The position numbers and the translations under genes are program-made. The notes beneath the pieces were generated by a model. It saw only the letters and a program-made list of their open reading frames with translations. It searched no databases and had not been told where the DNA came from. Below are positions 7,724 to 16,559 of a stretch of 64,000 nt of DNA, one piece after another. Source of the DNA: an uncultured Hyphomicrobiales bacterium (GTDB taxonomy: Bacteria > Bacteroidota > Ignavibacteria > Kapaibacteriales > UBA2268); the NCBI GenBank assembly GCA_964465945.1, contig CAYXMM010000002.1:319098-383097 (forward strand), in the 5' to 3' direction. Each line of letters starts with the position of its first letter. Position 1 is the stretch's first letter.

Positions 7724-9088
7724 CTAATAATTTTTATAATTATCAATTACATTATTAATTTTTCTTTCAAGATTAATTCTAGTTGGTTTATACATTTTAG
7801 ATAATACTTGGAATGCCATAGTCGTAGTATCAACAATATCGTCGTGTTTTCCAGCTGGGAATTGATTATGTTCGTTTAAGAAATCGTCTAAAAATGATTT
7901 ATTCTTGGGTAAGAACACACGACCTGCTTCAATATATGGAGTTGTTGTATGTGCTCTAACCACTTTATCCATTGGAGCAATACCTCTTACGTTTAATTTA
8001 CTCTCACGTCGGAGTATCTGTATTAATGATTTACCACTTCCAGCGTCTTCAATATAGATTACATTTGGTTTATGTTTATCATACTGGTTTTCAGAGGCAA
8101 CTTTTAACTCTGGAAATTGTAATTTGTCTCTAAATAAATCAATTAAATAAAAATTGTCATCATTCCAACCCCAGGTAGCACAAACAGAGTAATCATTTTC
8201 TTTTCCTTTTTCAAAAGCAGTGTCCCAGACTTGTATAACATTGTCAAATTTAATTTCACCTTCATTATAGTATTTCCACCAGTATTTTTGAAATATTTGA
8301 TGCTCATTGTCAACAGGTTGCTGTTGATACATTGCAGAAAAAAAGTAAGAACCGACGGACTTCTTTATTTTTTCAAGTTCAGTAATATTATAACGCTCTG
8401 GGAAAAGGGCTTCACCAACTTTACGATTTAAAACATCGTCATTAGTTGCAATAGCAGGGAAATCGACGACATGCCAGTCGGCAGAAGTTTCACTTGCTAA
8501 TATACGACCTACTAAATCGTCATGATGCCAGCGAGTCATTACTATAATCATAGAGCCGTTAGGTTCTAACCTATTAAATGCAGTAGATTGATACCACCTG
8601 TATACTTTATCTCGATAAACATTACTAAATGCTTCGTCGCTATTTTTTACTGGGTCATCTATTATAAATAAATTTGCACCTTTTCCTGTGATAGAACCTC
8701 CAACACCGACAGCAGTTAAACTACCTTTTCTGTTTTTTATAGTCCAATGGTTATTTCTATCTATACCAACTTCAAGATTTTTCAAATACGAATAATCTTT
8801 AAAGTGTAATTTAGACTTCATAGCCCATTGTTCCGCTAACTCTAATGAATATGAACTTATTATTATCTGGTCATTTGGGCGATTTAAAAGCCACCAAAAA
8901 GGCAAGTATTCTGAAATCAAATGAGATTTTCCGTGTCTTGGTGGCATTGAGACTATCAACCTTTTAATCTCACCGCTATATACTTTTAACAATTTATCTT
9001 CGAGTAATAATAAATGCTCCGCTGGAATATATTCATTATTAGTTCCTTTACTATCCAACATCGCACAATATATTGGAGTGTTTATCAT
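7724..9088 (-). CDS. Terminase large subunit
   Basis: MPPRHGKS Walker A, IIDDP Walker B, WDTA, IED, HDDIVD nuclease motifs. Confidence 0.95.
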   Translation of the reverse strand: MINTPIYCAMLDSKGTNNEYIPAEHLLLLEDKLLKVYSGEIKRLIVSMPPRHGKSHLISEYLPFWWLLNRPNDQIIISSYSLELAEQWAMKSKLHFKDYSYLKNLEVGIDRNNHWTIKNRKGSLTAVGVGGSITGKGANLFIIDDPVKNSDEAFSNVYRDKVYRWYQSTAFNRLEPNGSMIIVMTRWHHDDLVGRILASETSADWHVVDFPAIATNDDVLNRKVGEALFPERYNITELEKIKKSVGSYFFSAMYQQQPVDNEHQIFQKYWWKYYNEGEIKFDNVIQVWDTAFEKGKENDYSVCATWGWNDDNFYLIDLFRDKLQFPELKVASENQYDKHKPNVIYIEDAGSGKSLIQILRRESKLNVRGIAPMDKVVRAHTTTPYIEAGRVFLPKNKSFLDDFLNEHNQFPAGKHDDIVDTTTMAFQVLSKMYKPTRINLERKINNVIDNYKNY

Positions 9089-9516
9089 TTATCTCTTAAC
9101 GTCCTAATAAAATCTTGATATTTTGCTATCTGTTCATCGGTTTTGGGTACTAAACTCAACTCTATGTTATTCTTATTATCAAAACTAACTTCAACTTTAT
9201 CAGTATAACCTCTTTCTTTACCTTTCATCTTCAAGAAAAATTCTATTGCATTGAATTTAATTCTTTCATTTTTAGACCGCATTAGTGAATGTAAACCTTC
9301 CTCAGCCGTATCCATCGCTTCATCCATAATATCCTGTAATACTTCTGGATTATTCAAAGCCCTAATTCTTACTGCTTGTCTTGAATACTCAATATTATAC
9401 TGCTCTCTTATTTTACGAGCAGTTCTTGCAAATATTCCAACGTTTTCTCGTAATACTGAAAAGAACTGTTCGTCGCTTAATTTCACGGGTCTGGATTTAC
9501 TTTTAAGTTTTGCCAT
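9085..9516 (-). CDS. Terminase small subunit (probable)
   Basis: Directly upstream of TerL; AIEFFLKMKGKERGY motif. Confidence 0.75.
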   Translation of the reverse strand: MAKLKSKSRPVKLSDEQFFSVLRENVGIFARTARKIREQYNIEYSRQAVRIRALNNPEVLQDIMDEAMDTAEEGLHSLMRSKNERIKFNAIEFFLKMKGKERGYTDKVEVSFDNKNNIELSLVPKTDEQIAKYQDFIRTLRDK

Positions 9517-9534
9517 AAGTTGTCAATATCTCCT

Positions 9535-10965
9535 TTAAAATTCAGGGATTAACGTTTCAGTATCTAAATTTTCCAAATATGATAAATCTAAAACTGGGAA
9601 GTGTTCAGCTATTTTAGTAGTATCTCCTTTGTAAAAGACCAGTACGTTTTGGTGATGTTTGCCTGCTTTCCTTGATTTACTAAATTGACTACCTACTCTA
9701 ATTGGAAGACTTGCAAGGTGATTAACTAAAATCATTTCATTATATAATGACAAACCTGCCTTCTCAAAGCATTCAATAGTATATGAAACAAAGTTCTTAT
9801 AACTACCATTTTTATTTCTAACATCAGCAACAACGAAAACAGCAAATCTATTTTCATTCAACACCCCGCAGGATTTGTTAATAATATCAAAATAAGTCTT
9901 TTTAAATTCATCGTAAGGCATATTTGACAAATCGGCAGGGTCATCTGAATAAACTTCTAAATCCGCATAAGGAGGGCAGGAGAATAACAAATCAAACTTT
10001 TCGCCTTTAAAAATTTCATCTATGTTTTTACTATCTCCATAAGTCCAAGTTGGTCTTAAATTCTTATTCTTGATAACATCATTAACTTTACTAACTTCTT
10101 CATAATTTTTGATATTTGCCTCTACTTGTTCCTTTCTTAAATCATTACCATAATATTTAAACCCTAATTTAGAAGCAACTATACCTCTCACAGAACCACC
10201 TGCAAAAGGATCTAGTATCTTTCCATTCTGGGTGTTAAACCATAAATAAGATAACTCACATAATACTGGGTCAAAAATCGAAGTTGAGCCATTTTCACCA
10301 CCTAATAGTTTTATCCCTCTTTTCCCTGCCTCTTTAAACACTGAATCTGTATCAGCAGGCAATCCTTTTGCTTTCATCTCATTTTTTAAATCGTAATATC
10401 TTGGTGATTGAGCGGATTTGCCAAATGTCAATCCGCCTTCTCTTCCTAACTCACTTTTAATTCCTAAGTCTAACCACCAGTTCTTTCTTTGTTGCCATTG
10501 TCCTAATTTGGTGTCTAACACTGAAAATGGTGGTATTAAAAACCTGTCAATTAACTTTTTAGGTCTAGCATTAATAAAAGCATCGTCTTCAACTATAAAT
10601 TCTTTTTCTAACTCCAGTCCCCACTCATCTAACAATGTATTATCCCATTCATTTGCGAGTATATCCGTGTCCCATTCTCCATACCCAAGATTATCTTTGA
10701 TTATAAACTCTTTTTTTTGTTCTTCCGTTAAATCATCGGCTTTAATAACATACACTTTCTTATGCCCCGCTTTTTCACAAGATTTCAATCTCATATTACC
10801 ACCAAGTACCATAAAGTTGTTATCAACAACAATAGGTCGTAATTTTAACATCTCTGGGAAATCTTGAATAGATTTAACAAGTTTATCAAATCTATAATCT
10901 TTTATTATTCTTGGATTGTTAGGGTTTGGTTTGACTTGACTAATATCAATTAATTGAATATTCAT
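9535..10965 (-). CDS. ParB-like N-terminal domain fused to DNA amino-methyltransferase
   Basis: KPNPNNPR...PIVVD...GGNMR; ILDPFAGGS motif I followed by SCPPY motif IV. Confidence 0.88.
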   Translation of the reverse strand: MNIQLIDISQVKPNPNNPRIIKDYRFDKLVKSIQDFPEMLKLRPIVVDNNFMVLGGNMRLKSCEKAGHKKVYVIKADDLTEEQKKEFIIKDNLGYGEWDTDILANEWDNTLLDEWGLELEKEFIVEDDAFINARPKKLIDRFLIPPFSVLDTKLGQWQQRKNWWLDLGIKSELGREGGLTFGKSAQSPRYYDLKNEMKAKGLPADTDSVFKEAGKRGIKLLGGENGSTSIFDPVLCELSYLWFNTQNGKILDPFAGGSVRGIVASKLGFKYYGNDLRKEQVEANIKNYEEVSKVNDVIKNKNLRPTWTYGDSKNIDEIFKGEKFDLLFSCPPYADLEVYSDDPADLSNMPYDEFKKTYFDIINKSCGVLNENRFAVFVVADVRNKNGSYKNFVSYTIECFEKAGLSLYNEMILVNHLASLPIRVGSQFSKSRKAGKHHQNVLVFYKGDTTKIAEHFPVLDLSYLENLDTETLIPEF

Positions 10966-11098
10966 TATTAACTCCTTATTTTTTCAAAAATCCGAACAAA
11001 AGAACGGACGACGTGCCGTGTCGTATGGGGCGTCGTATGGTTTGAAGTCCGATATAATCCCTCGAAATTGCAAATAATAAAAATCAAATCCGAAAAAT
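10966..11098. promoter_or_regulatory. Divergent intergenic control region with repeated motifs
   Basis: AAATCCGAA at 10988 and 11086; GTCGTATGG at 11020 and 11032; locally GC-rich. Confidence 0.5.
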
Positions 11099-12775
11099 AT
11101 GTTAAAAACAATCGAAGCATTCAAAGTAGGGGAACATACTGACTCAGCAGGTAATAAAAAAGAATGGACTGCCGAAGAAGCGCAATTCATTACTAAGTAT
11201 TATAATGAAATGTTAGCAAAAGACCCTTCAATGATTGCACCTATATGCAAAGGACACCCGACAGATAATGCCCCTGCTTATGGTTGGGTTAAATCATTAA
11301 GTTTTAATAATAATATTGTAGAAGCAACTATTGACTTCAACGACTCAATGGTTGAAGAAATTAAAGATGGTCAATTTAAAAAAGTAAGTATTGCTTTATA
11401 TGATGATTTGCTATTAAGACATATCGGGATGCTTGGAGCTGCTGCACCAGCAGTTAAAGGACTTCAACCAGTGGAATTTAAAGAAAGGAAAGAAGATTAT
11501 ACGGAATGGACTTTCTCGGAAGAAGTAGAACCACCAAAGGTCAAAGATAGTAAAGAATTATTATTTGAAAGAGAGGTAAAATATGGTATTGGCAGAAAAG
11601 ATAATATTGGGTATATAGATAAACCTACGGCTTATAAAGATGTTATCGATGAAGACTTTGCTGACCCTGTTAATTATCTTTTTCCAATTAACGATGAAGA
11701 GAATTTTATTGCAAGTTATCAAACTTTTAACAATTACGAGACTAGAGAAAGATATAGTCAGATAGAGCAACAAGTTATTAAAACGAGATTGTTAAAAGGG
11801 TTAAAAAAATACAATATAGATGCTAAGGAAGATGCAAGGTTATATAGGTTTTCTGAAAATAGCAATCAATTTACAGGCATCCAATTAAATGATAAACTAA
11901 AAAGAGATAAGCCAGCAATTTACGAAAACTATGTTGAAGCAGATTTTGCTGACCCAGTCCATTTTAGATTTCCAATTAAAAATAGAAATCAAATCCTATC
12001 AAGTATTGCATTAGTTCATAAAGATAATAACGTGAAAGAATATAGCGAGAATGATATGAATATTATTCGAGCAAGGATTATTAATAATGCAATGGCAATA
12101 GGAATAAATCTTAACGGAGATAACTGGAATTATTCAGAAACTAATAATATAAATTTAAAATTTAATAAGGAGTTCAATATGAACGAATGGTTAGAGGCAT
12201 TAAAAGCCTTTGCTATTAAATGGGTAGGTAGTAATGTAAGTGAAGAGATTGCAAGTGAATTTCAAGCAGGCCTCGGGACCTATATAACTGAAAATCCTAT
12301 TCCAAGTGCTACGGCTAAACCAGAGGAAGAGAAACCGCAGTTTAGTGAAAATGAAAAAGCAATGATGAATAAAATCGAAGTTCTTGAAAAGAGAAATCGA
12401 ATTAACGAATATTCAAATTTTGCAGAGAAATTGGTCGTAGAGGGTAAAATTCTACCAGCTGAAAGAGATAATTTGATTCTAACGTTAGAGGCAGTTCATT
12501 CTACCCCTAACAAGATAGAATTTTCGGAGAGTGATAAGACGCAATCTTTAACACCAGTTGAAGCGCTTAAAAATATGTTTAATTCAAGACCAGCAATTCA
12601 CAAACTCGATGTTGAAATTAGCAAAGACGGGAAAGGTGAGGATGAGGGGTTATCTTTCAATGATAAATTAAACAATAAAGTTATTGAATATCGTAAGGAA
12701 ATGGCAAAAGCAGGTAATAACTTAACTTTTGCTGAGGCATTGAATATTGTATTAAATCAAGATAAAGGAGAATAA
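11099..12775 (+). CDS. Mu gpI-like prohead protease with tandem DFADP-domain insertion and C-terminal scaffold
   Basis: KGHPTDNAPAYGWV, KVSIAL, LRHIGMLGAAAPAVKGL; two DFADPV..FPI units; coiled C-terminus. Confidence 0.88.
   Translation: MLKTIEAFKVGEHTDSAGNKKEWTAEEAQFITKYYNEMLAKDPSMIAPICKGHPTDNAPAYGWVKSLSFNNNIVEATIDFNDSMVEEIKDGQFKKVSIALYDDLLLRHIGMLGAAAPAVKGLQPVEFKERKEDYTEWTFSEEVEPPKVKDSKELLFEREVKYGIGRKDNIGYIDKPTAYKDVIDEDFADPVNYLFPINDEENFIASYQTFNNYETRERYSQIEQQVIKTRLLKGLKKYNIDAKEDARLYRFSENSNQFTGIQLNDKLKRDKPAIYENYVEADFADPVHFRFPIKNRNQILSSIALVHKDNNVKEYSENDMNIIRARIINNAMAIGINLNGDNWNYSETNNINLKFNKEFNMNEWLEALKAFAIKWVGSNVSEEIASEFQAGLGTYITENPIPSATAKPEEEKPQFSENEKAMMNKIEVLEKRNRINEYSNFAEKLVVEGKILPAERDNLILTLEAVHSTPNKIEFSESDKTQSLTPVEALKNMFNSRPAIHKLDVEISKDGKGEDEGLSFNDKLNNKVIEYRKEMAKAGNNLTFAEALNIVLNQDKGE
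12179..12775 (+). CDS. Internal in-frame scaffold protein (Mu gpZ-like, 198 aa)
   Basis: AAGGAG 6 nt before in-frame ATG (M361 of the protease ORF). Confidence 0.6.
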   Translation: MNEWLEALKAFAIKWVGSNVSEEIASEFQAGLGTYITENPIPSATAKPEEEKPQFSENEKAMMNKIEVLEKRNRINEYSNFAEKLVVEGKILPAERDNLILTLEAVHSTPNKIEFSESDKTQSLTPVEALKNMFNSRPAIHKLDVEISKDGKGEDEGLSFNDKLNNKVIEYRKEMAKAGNNLTFAEALNIVLNQDKGE

Positions 12776-12777
12776 TA

Positions 12778-13725
12778 ATGTCAAGATTAGATTCATTAGC
12801 AATAAAAGATAATCTTTTAACCAATATTGCGAGAGGTTATAAAGATAACAAATACGTCGGCGAGAATATATTTCCTTTCGTTCAAATGGATAAAGAGACA
12901 GGAAAGTATTACATTTTTAATGATGAGCAGTTCAAACATTATTCAGTGAAGAGGGCGCCAGGAACTCAATCACAAAGAGTTACTACTGAATTAGGCACTA
13001 CTGATACTTATAAGTTAGAGCAATATTCATTAGAAGAAGCCATCGATGATAGAGAGCAAGCAGAAAGTGATGTGCTTAATTTAGAACAGCATATTACAAA
13101 TATGATGTCAAAAAGACAATTGCACGCTTTGGAAATGGAACAAGCAAGCGTAGCAACTAATTTAGCGAATTATAATTCATCTAATAAAGTTACTTTGTCC
13201 GATGATTTTTATAATGAAGCGGCTATTGATTTTGTGATTGAAATCGAAAAGAAAAAAGATATAATCAAATCTTCCATCGCTGAAAATCCTAATACGATTT
13301 TACTCCCTGAAAAGGTATGGAATTTTTTTAAGACTCACCCTATTCTTAAATCATACCTAGTCAATGATTCGACTAAGAAAATCTTAGTTGCACCCGAAGA
13401 ATTTGGCAAATTATTAGGTTTCCAGAATGTGCTTATTGCTTCAGCTTTAAACAAAGTTAGTACTGGCTTGGAGGAAGTTTGGGGTAACAATATTTGGTTA
13501 GGTTATGTAGCACCACGTCCATCAGCACTATCGGCGTCAGAAAAAGAGCCTTCTTTTGGATACACTTTAAGAAAGAAAGGTTCACCTTTAATTGACAAAT
13601 ATAGAGATGAAACTATACAATCTAATATAATTAGATCGAATGATAACTATCAAGTTAAGATAGTAGGGCAAAATGCAGGTTATTTAATTAAAAATCCTAT
13701 AGACCCTGCGGTTTATAGTGCATAA
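12778..13725 (+). CDS. Major capsid protein
   Basis: Follows protease; LTNIARGY...FPFV...GKY..F pattern; 315 aa. Confidence 0.85.
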   Translation: MSRLDSLAIKDNLLTNIARGYKDNKYVGENIFPFVQMDKETGKYYIFNDEQFKHYSVKRAPGTQSQRVTTELGTTDTYKLEQYSLEEAIDDREQAESDVLNLEQHITNMMSKRQLHALEMEQASVATNLANYNSSNKVTLSDDFYNEAAIDFVIEIEKKKDIIKSSIAENPNTILLPEKVWNFFKTHPILKSYLVNDSTKKILVAPEEFGKLLGFQNVLIASALNKVSTGLEEVWGNNIWLGYVAPRPSALSASEKEPSFGYTLRKKGSPLIDKYRDETIQSNIIRSNDNYQVKIVGQNAGYLIKNPIDPAVYSA

Positions 13726-13734
13726 GGTTAAATA

Positions 13735-13902
13735 ATGAGTGAATATAAAGTAATACACCCTTTGAAATATAAGGGTGTAACATACAAACAAGGTGAAATT
13801 ATAGATTTACCTGATGAAGTAGCGAGTAAAGTTTCAATATCAATTATTAAAATTGATGAAGTTATAGAAAATAAATCAAAAAGTAAAAAAGGAAATAAAT
13901 AA
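13735..13902 (+). CDS. Small head-associated protein (55 aa)
   Basis: MSEYKVIHPLKYKGVTYKQGEIIDLP; fills the capsid-to-cement gap, TAATG coupling. Confidence 0.75.
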   Translation: MSEYKVIHPLKYKGVTYKQGEIIDLPDEVASKVSISIIKIDEVIENKSKSKKGNK

Positions 13903-14318
13903 TGAATACATATACAGCAGGATTAATCGACTCGTTCCTTGCTGGAACTGGACACGTAAAAAACAGGTTCTTAGCATTAAACTCAAGCCAAGAAGTTGTA
14001 TTGTGCGGAAGTGGTAAGAAGTCCATAGGCGCAAGCATATTTACTACGACAGCAGGCGACCAAGCACCTGTTATTTTATCAGGGATAGTTCCTATTGAAG
14101 TAGGAGCAGGTGGAATAACAGCAGGCGATTTAGTTACATCTGATGCTTCTGGCAAAGCAATCACAAGAGCGGCTCTATCATTAACCGCAGGTGCAACGGC
14201 AGTAACTTCAAATGCAGCAGCTCCGACTTTACTGGGTGGTAATCTACCGCAAGAGTTAAATGGAATCGCGTTAGAAACAGGTGATGCTGGTGATATTGTA
14301 AGGATATTGCTTAAATAA
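13902..14318 (+). CDS. Capsid cement/decoration protein (DUF2190-like)
   Basis: G/A-rich, GDLVTSDASGKA, GIALE..GDAGDIV pattern. Confidence 0.75.
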   Translation: MNTYTAGLIDSFLAGTGHVKNRFLALNSSQEVVLCGSGKKSIGASIFTTTAGDQAPVILSGIVPIEVGAGGITAGDLVTSDASGKAITRAALSLTAGATAVTSNAAAPTLLGGNLPQELNGIALETGDAGDIVRILLK

Positions 14319-14713
14319 TGTTTATCGAAGTATCCGATATTACGAATTATATCAATGCAGACCGCTTGGCTGAAATAACGAGTGGGTCTGCTACGATTAC
14401 TGAAAGAGCAGTAGAATATGCGAATAGTTTAGTAAAAGTATCACTTGAAGATAGATACGATTTACCCTTAATCATAACACCTGGTGTAATTAAAGATATA
14501 GCATTGACTATTACTAAGTATAAATTATACGAGTATGTAGATGCCGTAACGGACGATATAAGCAACCAATATAAATTAGCATTGAGTATTTTAAATGATT
14601 TTACAACAGGTAAAAGAGTATTAAGTGATATTGAAACGAGTAAAAGACCGACTTTTACAAAGGTTAATGAAAGGGAGCAGATATACACAAAAGATTTACT
14701 TGATAGATATTAA
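14318..14713 (+). CDS. Head-tail connector (DUF1320 / Mu gp36-like)
   Basis: RYDLPL...KYKLY...QYKLALSIL pattern and position. Confidence 0.8.
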   Translation: MFIEVSDITNYINADRLAEITSGSATITERAVEYANSLVKVSLEDRYDLPLIITPGVIKDIALTITKYKLYEYVDAVTDDISNQYKLALSILNDFTTGKRVLSDIETSKRPTFTKVNEREQIYTKDLLDRY

Positions 14714-14783
14714 GCGGGAATGTTCTAATGTAAGAAGCGTTACTGCCAGTAACGAGATGGGAGTTCAAGTCTTTCTTTCCGCT
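14714..14783 (+). tRNA. Phage tRNA-Gly(GCC)
   Basis: Acceptor GCGGGAA/TTTCCGC, D stem TTCT/AGAA, anticodon stem CGTTA/TAACG with loop CTGCCAG, T loop TTCAAGT, U discriminator; no CCA. Confidence 0.8.
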
Positions 14784-14785
14784 CT

Positions 14786-15232
14786 ATGAATGAAAAAGCG
14801 TTATTACAGCATATTATTAATGGCTTATCTGACGATATTAATATAACTTATGATGTAAAAGAATCAAAGTTAAATTTAATCAATTACAAGCCAATAAATA
14901 ATGAAATTTTGGTTAAATCCTTAGGCGATAATCCTGTGGAGTATATTGATAGAGGTGGCTTTGTAGATAAATTAACACTAGGGAACTTTGTCATTCAACA
15001 ATACAAATTTAGACTATTATTAATATCAAAAAAATTAGAAAGTCAATCTGAATTATTAGAAATAACTAGTATCGTTGAAAATGCTATGCTAGAATTAGAT
15101 AATTTAACTAATGAAGATGAAGGTAAATTTATTTTAATATCGAAGGGTGAACCTTCGTTCGAGGAAAATAAAAATTTCTATTTCAGAGAATTAATATTTA
15201 TCAAATTAGTATATAAATACATAGGGACATAA
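14786..15232 (+). CDS. Putative neck/tail-completion protein
   Basis: Size and position after gp36-like gene. Confidence 0.5.
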   Translation: MNEKALLQHIINGLSDDINITYDVKESKLNLINYKPINNEILVKSLGDNPVEYIDRGGFVDKLTLGNFVIQQYKFRLLLISKKLESQSELLEITSIVENAMLELDNLTNEDEGKFILISKGEPSFEENKNFYFRELIFIKLVYKYIGT

Positions 15233-15564
15233 TGCAAGCAGATGGAGTTACGATGTATGTATTGACTGGTATTATATCAGTATTTGGAATACTTGCGTTT
15301 TTCTTTTTTAAAGCATATCTAAGCAGAATTGACAATACTTTTAAAAGGGTGGAAGAAACATTGGCAGAATTAGAAGATAGCATTAAAAAAATTAGTGAAT
15401 TTATAGCAAGACAAGATGAAAAGAATAGAAATCAGAGTAACATTAATTTAACGGCAGAAAGTAAATATACAAATTTGTCGGACTGGGTAGGGCGACTTGA
15501 AAAGCAAGTAACAAAATTAGAAAATAGATTATTAATTGTAGAAAGGTTAAACAATGTTAAATAA
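15232..15564 (+). CDS. Holin/antiholin-like protein (one TM plus coiled coil)
   Basis: N-terminal TM helix, upstream of endolysin. Confidence 0.55.
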   Translation: MQADGVTMYVLTGIISVFGILAFFFFKAYLSRIDNTFKRVEETLAELEDSIKKISEFIARQDEKNRNQSNINLTAESKYTNLSDWVGRLEKQVTKLENRLLIVERLNNVK

Positions 15565-15952
15565 AATAAAAGAAATAATTAGTGATATTAGCATTAAAAA
15601 TATTTTAAATGATATTGGGATTTTTACTTATAGAAATTCAATATGGTTAGGCATATTATTAATTGTGATTTATGTATTTAATCCGACTAGTCGAGAGTGG
15701 AACACTGGATTACTAATAATTGCAAATGAAATGATAGCAATATCATTATCTTTAATCATAACTGCAATATTCACAAAATTGAAATTCTTACAGAAAAGCA
15801 CAGCAGGTGCTGATATGAAGTATAGCGTTTATGAAAGGCAAGCATTAACTCAAACGATAGGGTTGCTATGGCTAGCGGTTCATATATTGGTAGGTTTATG
15901 TGTGTTCTCTGTTTATTTAGCTCAATTTTCAGGTGCTGGGTATGCAAAATAG
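15554..15952 (+). CDS. Holin-like three-TM protein
   Basis: Three hydrophobic segments, directly upstream of endolysin. Confidence 0.6.
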   Translation: MLNKIKEIISDISIKNILNDIGIFTYRNSIWLGILLIVIYVFNPTSREWNTGLLIIANEMIAISLSLIITAIFTKLKFLQKSTAGADMKYSVYERQALTQTIGLLWLAVHILVGLCVFSVYLAQFSGAGYAK

Positions 15953-16559
15953 ATTTGAACCAGAACATAATCGGCTACTTGTCGCTTTTGCAGTAATAAT
16001 ATCATTTATTGCTATACTCTTGCTTTCATTTAGTATATGCAATGCTCAAACTAAATATGTATTAAAAGCCGATGCTAATATATTGATAGCATCTGAATTA
16101 ATAGCGAAAACACAAGTAGGAATAGAGGAAAAGAAAGGAAATAAGGGTGGCAACGTAGAGGATTATTTACGTTCTGTTGGAATATATAAACCCGCTCCTT
16201 ATTGTATGGCAGGGCAATACTGGTGCTTTTGGATAGCCAGTAAATTAACTTCAATTCAAAATCCGATTAAAAAGACTGCTGGCGCAATAGACCAATATAA
16301 TTTTTTCAAAGCCAGAGGAAAAAGAAGTGCTTATGTACCAGCGGTCAATGATTTTGTTTTCTGGCAAAAAAGCAACTCTTGGGCTGGTCATGTAGAAAGG
16401 ATAATTGAAGTAGGCGAGAAAGGTTGGGTTACAACTATTGGTTTCAACACTGGGAGTGATGATAGAGATGGCGAAGGTGTTTATATAAGAAAGAGACATA
16501 TATTAAACCCTTTATCAATGTTGCTAATTAAAGGTCTCGGTGGCTATGAATTCAAGTAA
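15942..16559 (+). CDS. CHAP-type endolysin with N-terminal signal/TM segment
   Basis: PYC, GHV, IGFNT catalytic-like motifs; hydrophobic N-terminus ending ..CNAQ. Confidence 0.75.
   Translation: MQNRFEPEHNRLLVAFAVIISFIAILLLSFSICNAQTKYVLKADANILIASELIAKTQVGIEEKKGNKGGNVEDYLRSVGIYKPAPYCMAGQYWCFWIASKLTSIQNPIKKTAGAIDQYNFFKARGKRSAYVPAVNDFVFWQKSNSWAGHVERIIEVGEKGWVTTIGFNTGSDDRDGEGVYIRKRHILNPLSMLLIKGLGGYEFK

Noticed and set aside
4321-11098. Actively invertible segment
   Set aside because: No matching inverted repeats found at the two junctions and no invertase in the window.
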